Source: Histomonas meleagridis 2922-C6/04-290x
Taxonomy: Eukaryota > Protista > Parabasalia
Assembly: GCA_020184695.1 (NCBI GenBank)
Contig: JAANOX010000115.1
Span: forward strand, 1 to 34,088
Length of the DNA: 34,088 bases
Direction: 5' to 3'
Shown: positions 10,013 through 19,959 of the stretch, in pieces
Layout of the letters: the number at the start of each line of letters is the position of its first letter
Numbering within the stretch: position 1 is the stretch's first letter
Position numbers and translations under genes: made by a program
Notes under the pieces: generated by a model
Databases searched by the model: none
Seen by the model: only the letters and a program-made list of their open reading frames with translations
What the model was told of the DNA's origin: nothing

Positions 10013-11866
10013 ATGCACGAATGCCCAAATTATAAAATCTATTTAGAAGGCATACAATAATGCTTTGGGCCTGAATTCCATGATATGTATCAAACATTTA
10101 TTAATTTCTTTCAAACAAATCAAGTAAAAAGAATGAATCAAATGATTGAGATTTCCATTAATGATTTCTCAGAAGGAAGTTATTTATTTAGATTTAGACA
10201 TATTCTTGAAACAAATCCAAATGTAATTTTTCAAATGCTTTCAATGTGCGCACATAAGGTTTATGTAGGAAAAGAACTTTCAGGAGGAACTTTGTTTCAT
10301 GTCGGAATCAATGATTGGCCCAATTTAAATCGCATTAAAAAATTGAAATCAGAAAATGTTAATACGATTGTTAGGGTTATAGGCATTGTTATTAGTGTGT
10401 CATTAATTGATTATCAAATTGTTGAAAGTGATGTTATTTGCAAAAGATGTGGAAAAAAAATTCATTTTGAAATTGACCAAAATCATTGTCCATTTTGTAA
10501 ATCGACACAATTTTCTGTTCTTGACAAAAATCCCAAAGTAAAAACATATCAACGGTTTGTACTTCAAGAATTTGGTAATAATTCGCAACTTTTATGTGAA
10601 TTAAATGGCGTTCTAATTGATTCTATACGAATTGGACATATCATTGATGTGACAGGAATTGTTTTTACTGAAGATTTGGATCGAATTTTTAAGATCTCAA
10701 TGAAAGTAAATTACATTCGAAAATTAAATAATATATATAACAAATTCATTACACAAATAAATGTTCAAGACATAACAAATATATCAAAAGATAAATATAT
10801 TTTCCCAAAATTAGTTAATTCATTAAATACATTTTTATCACCATTAAATAAAGCAGCGATTTTATTATTATTATTTTCTACTGAAGAAGAACCAATTCAT
10901 ATATTTATAACAAAATTTTGTCCGAAACTTATAAATTCGATATCGAAACTTATAAAACATTATATAAACATTGATGAAGCATCCGAAATATTAATTCAAA
11001 CTAAGAAACAAAAGAATTGGATTAAAGGCGGTGCATTAACACAATCAAATTTAGGTTTATTAATCATTAGTGACATCGAAAAATTGATTTCTTCACAAGA
11101 ATTAATATTCGATGTAATGGAAAACAAATTCGAAACTATTGACATAAATCATTTAATCGACACAACATTTGCGTTGTTAATATTTTCGGATAATAAGAAC
11201 AAAATAAATCCGAATTTATTAGAAAAGTTCACATTAATCATTGATATACAAGAAGAAATATTTAATACAAATAAACAAAGATCACAAAAGATGAAAAAAT
11301 TCGAAGGTTTTCCTAAATGGGATAATACACATTTACCTTTAATTGATCGATTAAGAGGCGAAACACAAAATACTTTTGATTATAAAGAATTAATGAATTA
11401 TATATTATATTCAAAACAATATATTAATATTCATTGGAATGAAAAATGTCGGAATTATTTAAAAGAAGTTTCAAAAGATATCGGAAACTTCTCTAAAATT
11501 AAATATCTTTCTCAATGTAGAGCAAGAGTCGAATTACGTAATTATGTTAAAGAATCAGATATAAACGAAGTCGCTGAAATAATTATCGAATGCCAATCGG
11601 AGAAATTAATGAAAAGTTCCACAAGAAAAGTTCGAAGAAATTCGAAAAATGAAATAATTTCCAATTTTATGAATGAATTTAAGAGAATTGCAAACTATAA
11701 AGAAAATGGAATTGTAAGAGATAACGAAATGAAAGAAATCGCAGAGTTAATACATTACGAAAATTCGTTTATGTCGTTCGAACATTTGATTGAAACACTT
11801 CAAATAAATAATTACATATTAGAGTCTGGACCGCACATGTACAGGGCAGGAAACAGACCATTGTAA
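10013..11866 (+). CDS. Divergent MCM-family protein (MCM8/MCMDC2-like) with degenerate ATPase motifs; in-frame TAA at 10058-10060, downstream ATG at 10085
   Basis: OB fold IVRVIGIVISVS, zinc finger CKRC...CPFC, GGALTQSNLGLLIISDIEKL, VMENKFETI, LLEKFTLII, LMNYILYSKQY, LSQCRARVELRNYVKESDINEVAEII (MCM8-like). TCATTT initiator at 10005 precedes ATG 10013. Confidence 0.75.
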
Positions 11867-11991
11867 CCATTATAGCAAATGTGTAATTACAAATGTGTTA
11901 CAATAGAAGTTTAATGGTTTTAATAAGTTACATGTTTTTAACGTTAATTACTGTTCAAAATATAATTACAAAGTATAAAGAAGCGAATATT

Positions 11992-12882
11992 TTATTGCCC
12001 ACCAATTGGCGTCAAGTGAAGTTCGTTTGCGAAGTCATCGATTATTTGGTTATTTCTTGGCGAGAATATTGCGAAGACGACTTTATCGAAGTAGTCCTTC
12101 ATCTTCTTTTCCACCAAGAAGTGGTTAAATATTGACGCGACTTCCTTTGGCGAGTTACCGAATGCACCGCATCCGAAAGCGCCCAACACCACCGCCTTAT
12201 ATCCTCCTTCGATGCATGCCTGTATGATCTTTCTTATTCTTTCCTTCAGCACTTTGCCGACTGTCTTCGTGTCATTTGGGTGTACCGTGTTATATCTTAT
12301 TGCAATTGGCGCTGGCGATGTAATCACGGACATATAAAATGGCTCATCGAGAAACTTAAGGAGATCATCGCGGAACACTGGTACGTTCGGGGAGATGATC
12401 AAGTAGTCGGTGTAGAGCTCCTCGTTCATGTGCTCGAAGTTGTATGTGTAGAACTCCGTTTGCGTGACAATCGATGGGAACAGCCCTGAGCATCGACAGA
12501 TCGACTCCTCCTGCGTCCACGCGCCGCGATAGAACCCGCCGCCAGGCTCAACCGGGTTTGCGAAGTTGAGGACAATTGTCTCTTTGATTCCTTCATTCAC
12601 AACAAGATGATATGCAGCGCCAACGGTGGTGCATATGCGGAGTTCCATTGCGCCGGCGCCGCTCTTCTTACGCGGTATCTTGAACTTGTGCTTCAAGTCG
12701 AGCGTAACAGTGTTCGTAACACACTTCTCTAATTCAATTGTCTTCTCTTCGCCTTTCTCGTTGGTGTATTTCCCGGCTTTGCAGATCTCGTCCTGCTTGA
12801 GCGCAACAAGGGGATACGACTTGAAGTCCGGCTTCTCACCAAACTGATCGAAGTTGCTGGTGCTGTAGAAACTCATTGACAA
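11992..12882 (-). CDS. TIGR02452/DUF2263 bacterial-type poly(ADP-ribose) glycohydrolase (macrodomain)
   Basis: IVLNFANPVEPGGGFYRGAWTQEESICRCSGL, IISPNVPVFRDD, SVITSPAP, VVLGAFGCGAFGNSP, FDKVVFAI. Confidence 0.9.
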   Translation of the reverse strand: MSMSFYSTSNFDQFGEKPDFKSYPLVALKQDEICKAGKYTNEKGEEKTIELEKCVTNTVTLDLKHKFKIPRKKSGAGAMELRICTTVGAAYHLVVNEGIKETIVLNFANPVEPGGGFYRGAWTQEESICRCSGLFPSIVTQTEFYTYNFEHMNEELYTDYLIISPNVPVFRDDLLKFLDEPFYMSVITSPAPIAIRYNTVHPNDTKTVGKVLKERIRKIIQACIEGGYKAVVLGAFGCGAFGNSPKEVASIFNHFLVEKKMKDYFDKVVFAIFSPRNNQIIDDFANELHLTPIGGQ

Positions 12883-12991
12883 ACGATGGCGAATTCAATG
12901 CGCCGATGGCCGCATTTCAGTTGAAAGTAATCGTGTTTTGATGCAGATTTTTCGGCGGTTGCCGGCACTTTTGGAATAAGTCTGAAATGGG

Positions 12992-14602
12992 ATGGAACCA
13001 AAGCAAATTACAGATGAACAAGAAGAACTAAACAGTTCATACAATGAAGCGCCAAGCACTCCTAGCTTGGATACCTCACAACAAGCAGGCCAAGAAGAAC
13101 CAAATATCAAAGAAACGAAGTTCGAAGATAACTTACAAAATCCAAACGAAACTAATATTAAGAGCCTAAATGAAACTAATCCTCAAAATCCAAGTGAAAC
13201 TAGTCACCAAATTCCAAATGAAAGTAATCTTCAAAATCAAAATGAAAATAATTCTCAAAACCTAAATGAAACTAATCTTCGAAATCAAAATGAAAATAAT
13301 TCTCAAAATCAAAATGAAAATAATTCTCAGGTTCCAAGTGAAACTAATTCTCAAATTCCAAATGAAACTAATCTTCGAAATCAAAATGAAAATAATTCTC
13401 AAATTCCAAATGAAACTCATCATCAAGCTCCAAAACCCGAACCCAATAAAACTAATTCACTTCCCCCAAAAGCGCAAACCAAAAAACACATTCCGATCAA
13501 ATCCACAAAGCGTTCACATCCAAATGTCGCGGACCCCATTCCTCCTCGTCTCAAGCCGCTTGTGTACCACCCAAACACATCTCTTACATACCAAGCGCTT
13601 CAGCGCAAGCAAATTTGCGGGCTTCCACAAAGCAGCATTTCCAGCATTGTCGCTGATCTCCGCGGATACATTGACGCTGCCATCGACAACAACCTGTTTG
13701 ACGAGGCCTGCTACGTCCAGAGCTGCATTGACATCCTCAAGGAAGACTCGTCAGTGCATCAAACTGAACTCAAGCGTGAGATAACCGCCATAAACCGCAA
13801 AATTCTTGAGGCTCGATCTGAGCTGAATGAGCGCCTAAATTAGTACGTTTCTACACTAACACATAGTTGGAGCGATCAAGAGAAACTCATTGAAAAAGAG
13901 CATTCAATGAATATGACTGATCTTGAAATGAATCGGAAAACGGCACTGAAGGAACTTGACATGGAATGGGATTCGCCGAAGAAGCGCCAACAGTACAGTA
14001 AGCCATCACCGAAACTGTTGAACCTTCGGCACGTTACGAAGATGCTCATTCAGAACAAACGGTTTGACGAAGTGAAGCAAATGTCAAAGTTAATTGAGTC
14101 AACAGAAAAAGTGGAAACCGAAGAGGCCGTTAAGAGGATGAATAACGGTTACCAACTCGCAAACAAACATTTAAATGAACAATATGATCATGAAGCAGAA
14201 GTCCTAAATGAGGTGAAAGAAATGAAGTTACATACTCTGAAACGTTCTCGTGACCAAAATGTTCAACCAATAATGAGAAGAATTGAAAATCTCGAAAAAC
14301 AGAAAAATAAGATACTGAGTAATGAAAAAAGAAATGAAACTTCTGCTGTTACATCGCCAAGAAGAAACAATACAAAGAGATACAATAGTTACTCAAGTAA
14401 AAGTCAAAATGTGCAATTGCCATCAATCATTGCACAGCCAAAGTTAACAATACCACCAGTGAACTTAATAAAGAGAGACGAGAAAATGGAAGTGAAACAG
14501 GAGAAAGGAAATTCGGCGGAGACAAAGTGTCGGAGAAATACGCTAATTCGACTATCGGCAGTTCATAAAAGGGAACAAACGAAAAGACAAAAAAAGAAAT
14601 AA
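12992..14602 (+). CDS. 528-aa hypothetical protein, join(12992..13842,13867..14602): N-terminal 8-aa repeats, then helical/coiled-coil regions
   Basis: Removing the 24-nt intron gives ...ERLN-Y-WSDQEKLIEKEHS-MNMTD..., fusing the track ORFs 12992-13843 and 13907-14602 in frame (851+736=1587 nt). Confidence 0.85.
13142..13429 (+). repeat. Coding tandem repeat, about 12 degenerate 24-nt (8-aa) units, (P/Q/L)(N/S)E(T/N/S)N...
   Basis: PNETNIKS LNETNPQN PSETSHQI PNESNLQN QNENNSQN LNETNLRN QNENNSQN QNENNSQV PSETNSQI PNETNLRN QNENNSQI PNETHHQA. Confidence 0.9.
13843..13866 (+). other. 24-nt spliceosomal intron GTACGT-TTCTAC-ACTAACACATAG
   Basis: The 5' GTAYGT and fused branch point/3' site RCTAACACAYAG match trichomonad intron motifs. 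Splicing removes the TAG and restores the frame. Confidence 0.88.
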
Positions 14603-14772
14603 AATTTGTTTGAATTGAATAATTTGTTTGTACAAACCATAATCAAAGAGCTCGAAAATGTTTACATGGAATTGGACCATTTTAACGGCCACTAAAATGT
14701 TTTGCCTGATTCCACTTTTTGAGTTCGAAATGACCGATTTGATGGTAACTCAGTTGATTATAACCGTTACAA

Positions 14773-15360
14773 ATGCTCTTGTTGTTATTATCTTTTTTAT
14801 TTGCGAGAATTAAATCTATTGAAGGTTACAAAGTTACCTGAGGCACTTGCTGATATTAATTTACAGGTTAGAGTCGTTATACCATTCATAACATCTATCA
14901 CAATTGAAGATTTGAAATTTCAAACAAATGCCTAAGGGTGATATACTAGAAACACAGCTAAATATAGATTCGAATTCATTTCTTCTAAGTGATATTAATT
15001 CGTGGAAAACAAATGACACAATTGGCATATTTGGAATTTCAAAATTTTGTAAAAATTTTATCAATTATCCTTATTTTACCACGTCCGCTGGCTTATTTGA
15101 GACAAATACAATATATGATATTTTGCCATTCAGTACATATGAAATTAATATTAATTTAATTTCTTACTATCATATGATTCCAATACAATTGGAATTTTAA
15201 ATGCTGATTCAAGCAAACAAAACTTAACAAATCAGGAAAAAATAAAATTTATGTTTGGACATATTGAAGATGTTTCGAGTAATATCCCAAAACAAATAGC
15301 CATTATTTTTGTGTATAAAGTATTTTTCTTGGATATAAATTTTGAAGAAAAATCATCGTA
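14773..15360 (+). pseudogene. Decayed secreted/surface gene
   Basis: AACCGTTA (M3-like) at 14762, then ATG 14773 MLLLLSFLFARIKS (signal-peptide-like), followed by stop- and frameshift-broken fragments (14928-15200 ORF; NADSSKQNL...EEKSS*). Confidence 0.35.
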
Positions 15361-15634
15361 ATAAAAATATATTTTTAAAGATAAATTCCCATATTTATTT
15401 AATATATATGATAATCGGATGGAACAATTTCAACGTCACTTCACATAAACCAGATTTTTCTTAAAAAACCACACAAAATTGCGGCTGATCCGTTTATCCG
15501 ATGGAATAAATCTTCTCAAAAGTATTCAAAATAACCCGTTTATGGTTTTTGAATTTGAATATGTCTTCTCAATTGTGTTGTAAAACAGTTTCAATTATCA
15601 GCGGGTCGGAATTCCCAAAAAAACAAAATTTTTC

Positions 15635-17011
15635 ATGCTTTCGATTGATTCAACTTCGTTAATATCAAAAATAAGTGGAGAATGGATTCCTTTACATTCT
15701 CGTGAAAAATTATCAATTATCAGAATCATAGGAATTACATTTGCTTTATTAGGGTACCAACTTGCATATTCATGTAACTTTTCATTAATCACTCCAATAA
15801 TGGGACGTCTTGGATTTTCAAATAGAATTAAACCAATTATTTGGTGGGCTGCCCCAATCACAGATTTAATTGTTCAACCAATTATAGCATTTTATTCTGA
15901 TCAATCGCATTCACGGTGGGGAAAAAGAAGGCCATTTATTTTTGCTGGAGGCCTTGGAACTCTTATTGGATTTTTACTAATATTTTTCTGTGAAGAAATT
16001 GGAAAATTTATAAACTCAAAACACGAAACTTCCCTATCTCAAGCTGTTTTTGTTTTTGCTTTTGTTTTAATGAATATAGCTTTAAATGTTCTTCAAGGAC
16101 CAGCACGTTCTTTAGTAGGAGATACTGTTCCAACTCATCAACAAATTGTAGGGAACACAATAGCTACTATCATGAATGGTTTAGGTGCTATCATTGTTAA
16201 TCTAGTTGGAGGATTAGATCTTTCAAAATATACCAAATTTACCAACGAACAACTTGTTTTCATCATAGGGATGGTTTCAGTTACATTTGCAGTCGGTGTT
16301 ACTCTTTTTTGTGCTCAAGAAGAAAAATACAATGGCCCAAAAAGTGACAAGTCAATGATTGTTGAAATTTATCGCTCATTTCGTCATGCTCCAACTGAGG
16401 TATTAAGAGCAGCAGCATGTTTTAGTTTAGCATGGTGCGGGTTCTTTATGTTTCTTGTAGAGACCACCGATTATTTTGGTAGATCAATTTTTCATGGATG
16501 TCCTACAGAAACATCTGAATGTTCATACATTGATTATACGAAAGGAGTTAACTTTGGTATGCTTACAATAGCATCTACTTATACTGTTTCATTACTTTAT
16601 GGTTTCATCCAACCGAAAATAGTAGATTTAATTGGAGCCAAAATTTGCTTTTTGATTTCACAATTCATTGAAGTTATTTGTTTAATCGTTTTTAATTTTA
16701 TCAAAATGAAATGGATACTTTTTTCTTTGTTTTCTTTATTAGGAATTTCTTTTATGTCTTTTAATTCGATTCCTTTTGCAATAGTTGCAATGTGCGTACC
16801 TGAAAAAGATATGGGCAAAAACATGGCCGTCGTCAATTCTTGTGGTTGTATAGGTCAACAAGTAGCAAACGTCTTGATTGGATCAGGCGTGGCTGAAGTT
16901 TGGCCCAATTATTATAATTTACAAATTGCAACTGGTGCGGTTTTCGCTTTTTTATCAGGAATCTTGGCTGTGAGATTAATTGTTCCTGAAACGAAACAAA
17001 ATGATACTTAA
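15635..17011 (+). CDS. GPH-family MFS sugar transporter, sucrose-transporter (SUT/SLC45)-like
   Basis: LGYQLAYSCNFSLITP, IWWAAPITDLIVQPIIAFYSDQSHSRWGKRRPFI, ALNVLQGPARSLVGD, GVNFGML, SIPFAIVA; about 12 TM segments. Confidence 0.88.
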   Translation: MLSIDSTSLISKISGEWIPLHSREKLSIIRIIGITFALLGYQLAYSCNFSLITPIMGRLGFSNRIKPIIWWAAPITDLIVQPIIAFYSDQSHSRWGKRRPFIFAGGLGTLIGFLLIFFCEEIGKFINSKHETSLSQAVFVFAFVLMNIALNVLQGPARSLVGDTVPTHQQIVGNTIATIMNGLGAIIVNLVGGLDLSKYTKFTNEQLVFIIGMVSVTFAVGVTLFCAQEEKYNGPKSDKSMIVEIYRSFRHAPTEVLRAAACFSLAWCGFFMFLVETTDYFGRSIFHGCPTETSECSYIDYTKGVNFGMLTIASTYTVSLLYGFIQPKIVDLIGAKICFLISQFIEVICLIVFNFIKMKWILFSLFSLLGISFMSFNSIPFAIVAMCVPEKDMGKNMAVVNSCGCIGQQVANVLIGSGVAEVWPNYYNLQIATGAVFAFLSGILAVRLIVPETKQNDT

Positions 17012-17079
17012 TCACTTTTAGAATAATTTCATAAATAAATGTTGTGATGTATGGATTAAAATTATTTTCTTATTTTTTT

Positions 17080-17700
17080 CAGGGGCATGCTGGCAGAGTC
17101 ACTGTCAGTGTAACCGATTGAATCATCAACACCAGCGCAGACACAATTACCAGAAACGAACACACCACATCCAGAAACAGAAGAAACAGAGCATACAGAT
17201 AGGAATTTAGGACCACTGTAACGTATTCCATTTCAATGTTAGTTTTGACAATTGCCTTCATATTATGATGTAAGTAATAAACCTTAAAATATTAATAATT
17301 TTAATTTAAATTATATTTATTTTCATAATTTTGCGTGAACATTTTTATTTTTTATTATTTTCATTTTGCATCGCATTTCAGTAACCACTTTCTTAAAGAG
17401 TGATTTGTAATAGAAAGTAAATGAAAATGTCATTATATGTAAACAAAAGTATTGAACTATCACACGAAAATGGATATGTTGATGTTAAATATGCAATTTC
17501 ATCATAAGCCTTTATAAAAATTATTTTATTTTCTTGTAAAACTTCCAATATGAGAAGTTTTAACACCTGCAAACACATTCATTTCGAACATATTTGTTTC
17601 TTTTTTATCATTATAATATATATACCAAAGATTAAAACATCCATTAAATGCATTATCATAAATTTCATAGTAATAAATAAGAAGATTAAAATTAACAAGA
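17080..17700 (-). pseudogene. BspA-like relic fragments
   Basis: EIYDNAFNGCFNLWYIYY (TpLRR-like) at about 17600-17680; GNCQN*..IRYSG...VSGCGVFV at about 17150-17260; stops and frameshifts throughout. Confidence 0.4.
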
Positions 17701-17713
17701 AAAGAAATCAAGC

Positions 17714-17720
17714 GACCGTT
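17714..17720 (+). promoter_or_regulatory. M3-like motif upstream of the centrin gene
   Basis: GACCGTTT, 27 nt before TTG 17747. Confidence 0.55.
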
Positions 17721-17746
17721 TAATACATCCATATTTCGTTCTTCAA

Positions 17747-18205
17747 TTGCAAGATCACATAAATTACGAAACAAATCAAGGGAATAATACCAGTTCTGAA
17801 TTATTTGGAATCAAATGTAATAGTGAGATTGATCCAAATCAATTAAAAATTGCAATGGAATCACTCGGGTTTGAATTTAACAAAGAAGAAATGCAAAAAA
17901 TGATAAAAGAATTGGATCCAAAAAATAGTGGTGAAATAGATTTTCAAAAGTTGTTTACTTTAATTCATCAAAGGATGTCAACAAGAGATATGATTGACCA
18001 AATACAACTTGCATTCGATATGATGGATGAGGGTGGTTGTGGATATATATCATTTTCAGATTTGAAAGATATAGCCAAAAAATTAGATGAAAATATATCA
18101 GATCAAGAAATACACGAAATGATTAATGAAGCAGATGTAGATGAAGATGGCAAAATTTCATTTGAGGAATTCGTTTCTCTTATAAGAACTGCTACATTCT
18201 CATGA
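17747..18205 (+). CDS. Centrin/caltractin-like EF-hand protein lacking an ATG at the expected start (TTG at 17747)
   Basis: ELF...EIDPNQLKIAMESLGFE (centrin DLFD...IDPKELKVAMRALGFE), DPKNSGEIDF, AFDMMDEGGCGYISF, EMINEADVDEDGKISFEEF. Confidence 0.8.
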   Translation: MQDHINYETNQGNNTSSELFGIKCNSEIDPNQLKIAMESLGFEFNKEEMQKMIKELDPKNSGEIDFQKLFTLIHQRMSTRDMIDQIQLAFDMMDEGGCGYISFSDLKDIAKKLDENISDQEIHEMINEADVDEDGKISFEEFVSLIRTATFS

Positions 18206-18383
18206 ATAATTCTATTTTATAACTAAGTTCCAAAACATTTTAAGATTTTATGTTTATTGAACTACTTTCATTTTTATATTAGTTATTGATAAACAGGATG
18301 AAAAAAATCTTTTTTCCAGAATGGGGCCCCCCTCCCGTTGTAAATAAACCGTCGCTTTGTTGGCCAACTTTTTTACTTTTCCA

Positions 18384-19214
18384 ATGTTCCACTTCAGAGC
18401 ACCAAAAAAAACAGTTGTTGTAACTGTTGATAGTCTACCAACATGGGAAGTTGAAGGCCCCGCTTCACTTGGGTTACATCCAATTCCCGAAGAATCCCAA
18501 AAATCTGATTATAAATATGATAAAGAAATCAATTCCAAAGTCACATTTTGGATGCGTGGTGACAGCAGTGTTTTAGCAGCTGATGCAATTGTCAATGCGG
18601 CTAACTCAGGACTTTATGCTGGTGGTGGAATATGTGGTGTCATTCATTCTGCTGCTGGTCCAGAACTCGAAAAAGAGTGCATGAAAGTAGGTCCATGCCC
18701 CACTGGTAAAGCTGCGTTAACCAAAGGTTACAATCTCCCTGCTAAATATGTAATTCATGCAGTTGGTCCTATAGGTGAACAACCGGAAAAGTTAGCAGAA
18801 GCCTACAAATCCACCTTGGCATATCTTGATGGTGATAAGATCAAGAGCGTTGGTCTTTGTTGCATTTCCACTGGTATATACGGATATCCAATTCGTCCTG
18901 CAACCCACATCGCACTTAAAACTGTTCGAGACTTCTTAGAAGATCCCAACAATAGAGCAAAGACAGACCGTATCATCTTTGTTGTCTTCGAGCAAAGAGA
19001 TGTCAACGTTTACTACCAACTTGTGCACAAATACTTCCCACTCGATCCGAACGTTGTACAGGAGCAAACGAAGAAGAAGGAAGAAGAGAAGAAAGAAGAA
19101 GCGAAAGAAGAGAAAAAAGAGGAAGTGAAAGAGGAAGTTAAGGAAGAAGTGAAAGAGGAAAAGAAGGAAGAAGCAAAGGAAGAAAAGGAGGAAGAGAAAA
19201 AAGAAAGTGAATAA
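18384..19214 (+). CDS. MacroD-type macrodomain protein (ADP-ribose / O-acetyl-ADP-ribose hydrolase family) with a K/E-rich tail
   Basis: AIVNAANSGLYAGGGICGVIHSAAG, CPTGKAALTKGYNLPAKYVIHAVGP, CCISTGIYGYP, RIIFVVF. First ATG is at 18384. Confidence 0.9.
   Translation: MFHFRAPKKTVVVTVDSLPTWEVEGPASLGLHPIPEESQKSDYKYDKEINSKVTFWMRGDSSVLAADAIVNAANSGLYAGGGICGVIHSAAGPELEKECMKVGPCPTGKAALTKGYNLPAKYVIHAVGPIGEQPEKLAEAYKSTLAYLDGDKIKSVGLCCISTGIYGYPIRPATHIALKTVRDFLEDPNNRAKTDRIIFVVFEQRDVNVYYQLVHKYFPLDPNVVQEQTKKKEEEKKEEAKEEKKEEVKEEVKEEVKEEKKEEAKEEKEEEKKESE
19070..19211 (+). repeat. Low-complexity purine-rich coding repeat (KEE units)
   Basis: KKKEEEKKEEAKEEKKEEVKEEVKEEVKEEKKEEAKEEKEEEKKESE. Confidence 0.85.
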
Positions 19215-19959
19215 AATATGAAACTTCTTCAAGTGAAATTGTACTCAATTATTATGCGAAAGATAAATGTTTTGCGCATTTTTGGATGACTTAAGTTTCA
19301 TATTCAATGTGTTGATAAATCAGAATTTTTTATATACTTTTATCTTTAATGATAATCAATCACTCGAGTGATGCAAATTTACGTTATATTTAAATATGTA
19401 TATTATTTTGAATTTTTATGATAAGTTTTAAATTTTGTAATAAACCATTTTTTTTATACAATGAAATTTTTTGATGATTATATATATATATGGTAGTCCC
19501 TAATTATTCTAAAGAAATTTTAAATCGCAATATTTTAGAATAAGAAAATAAGTTATTAAATTTTCCACTTTTTATTGTGAATCACATTATTATAGAAACA
19601 AACAAATATATCTATGTTATTTATCTTTAATCCATTAATATAATCTATTGAGATTTTAAAAATTGTAGTATCATTTTTTTGTAATGAATATCTACTTCTT
19701 TATTAAAAAAAAATAATCAGAAAATTCATTTTTCAACTCAGGAGTTAGTCCTTGATTAATATAACCCATTAGGCTGGCTAGGATTTGAAAAAGTCCAGAA
19801 AAATTTGCAAAGAGCCGAATCCCTATTCATTATATTTAAATAGAATTAATTTTAATTAATGAAGAAATTAGCACTAGAACAAAATGATAATATGATAAAA
19901 TACAAAATGAAATAAAATTATAATTTTTGTTTATTGAAACATTTAATTTATTTATATAT

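Noticed and set aside
11992-12882. High GC as proof of recent horizontal transfer of the PARG gene
   Set aside because: Similar GC-rich blocks occur inside native RPN5 and other genes, so composition alone is uninformative. A phylogeny is needed.
19730-19835. Minus-strand fragment LASLMGYINQGLTPELKNEF, faintly like a retrotransposon gag motif
   Set aside because: Too short, with no LTR, RT or other element features nearby.
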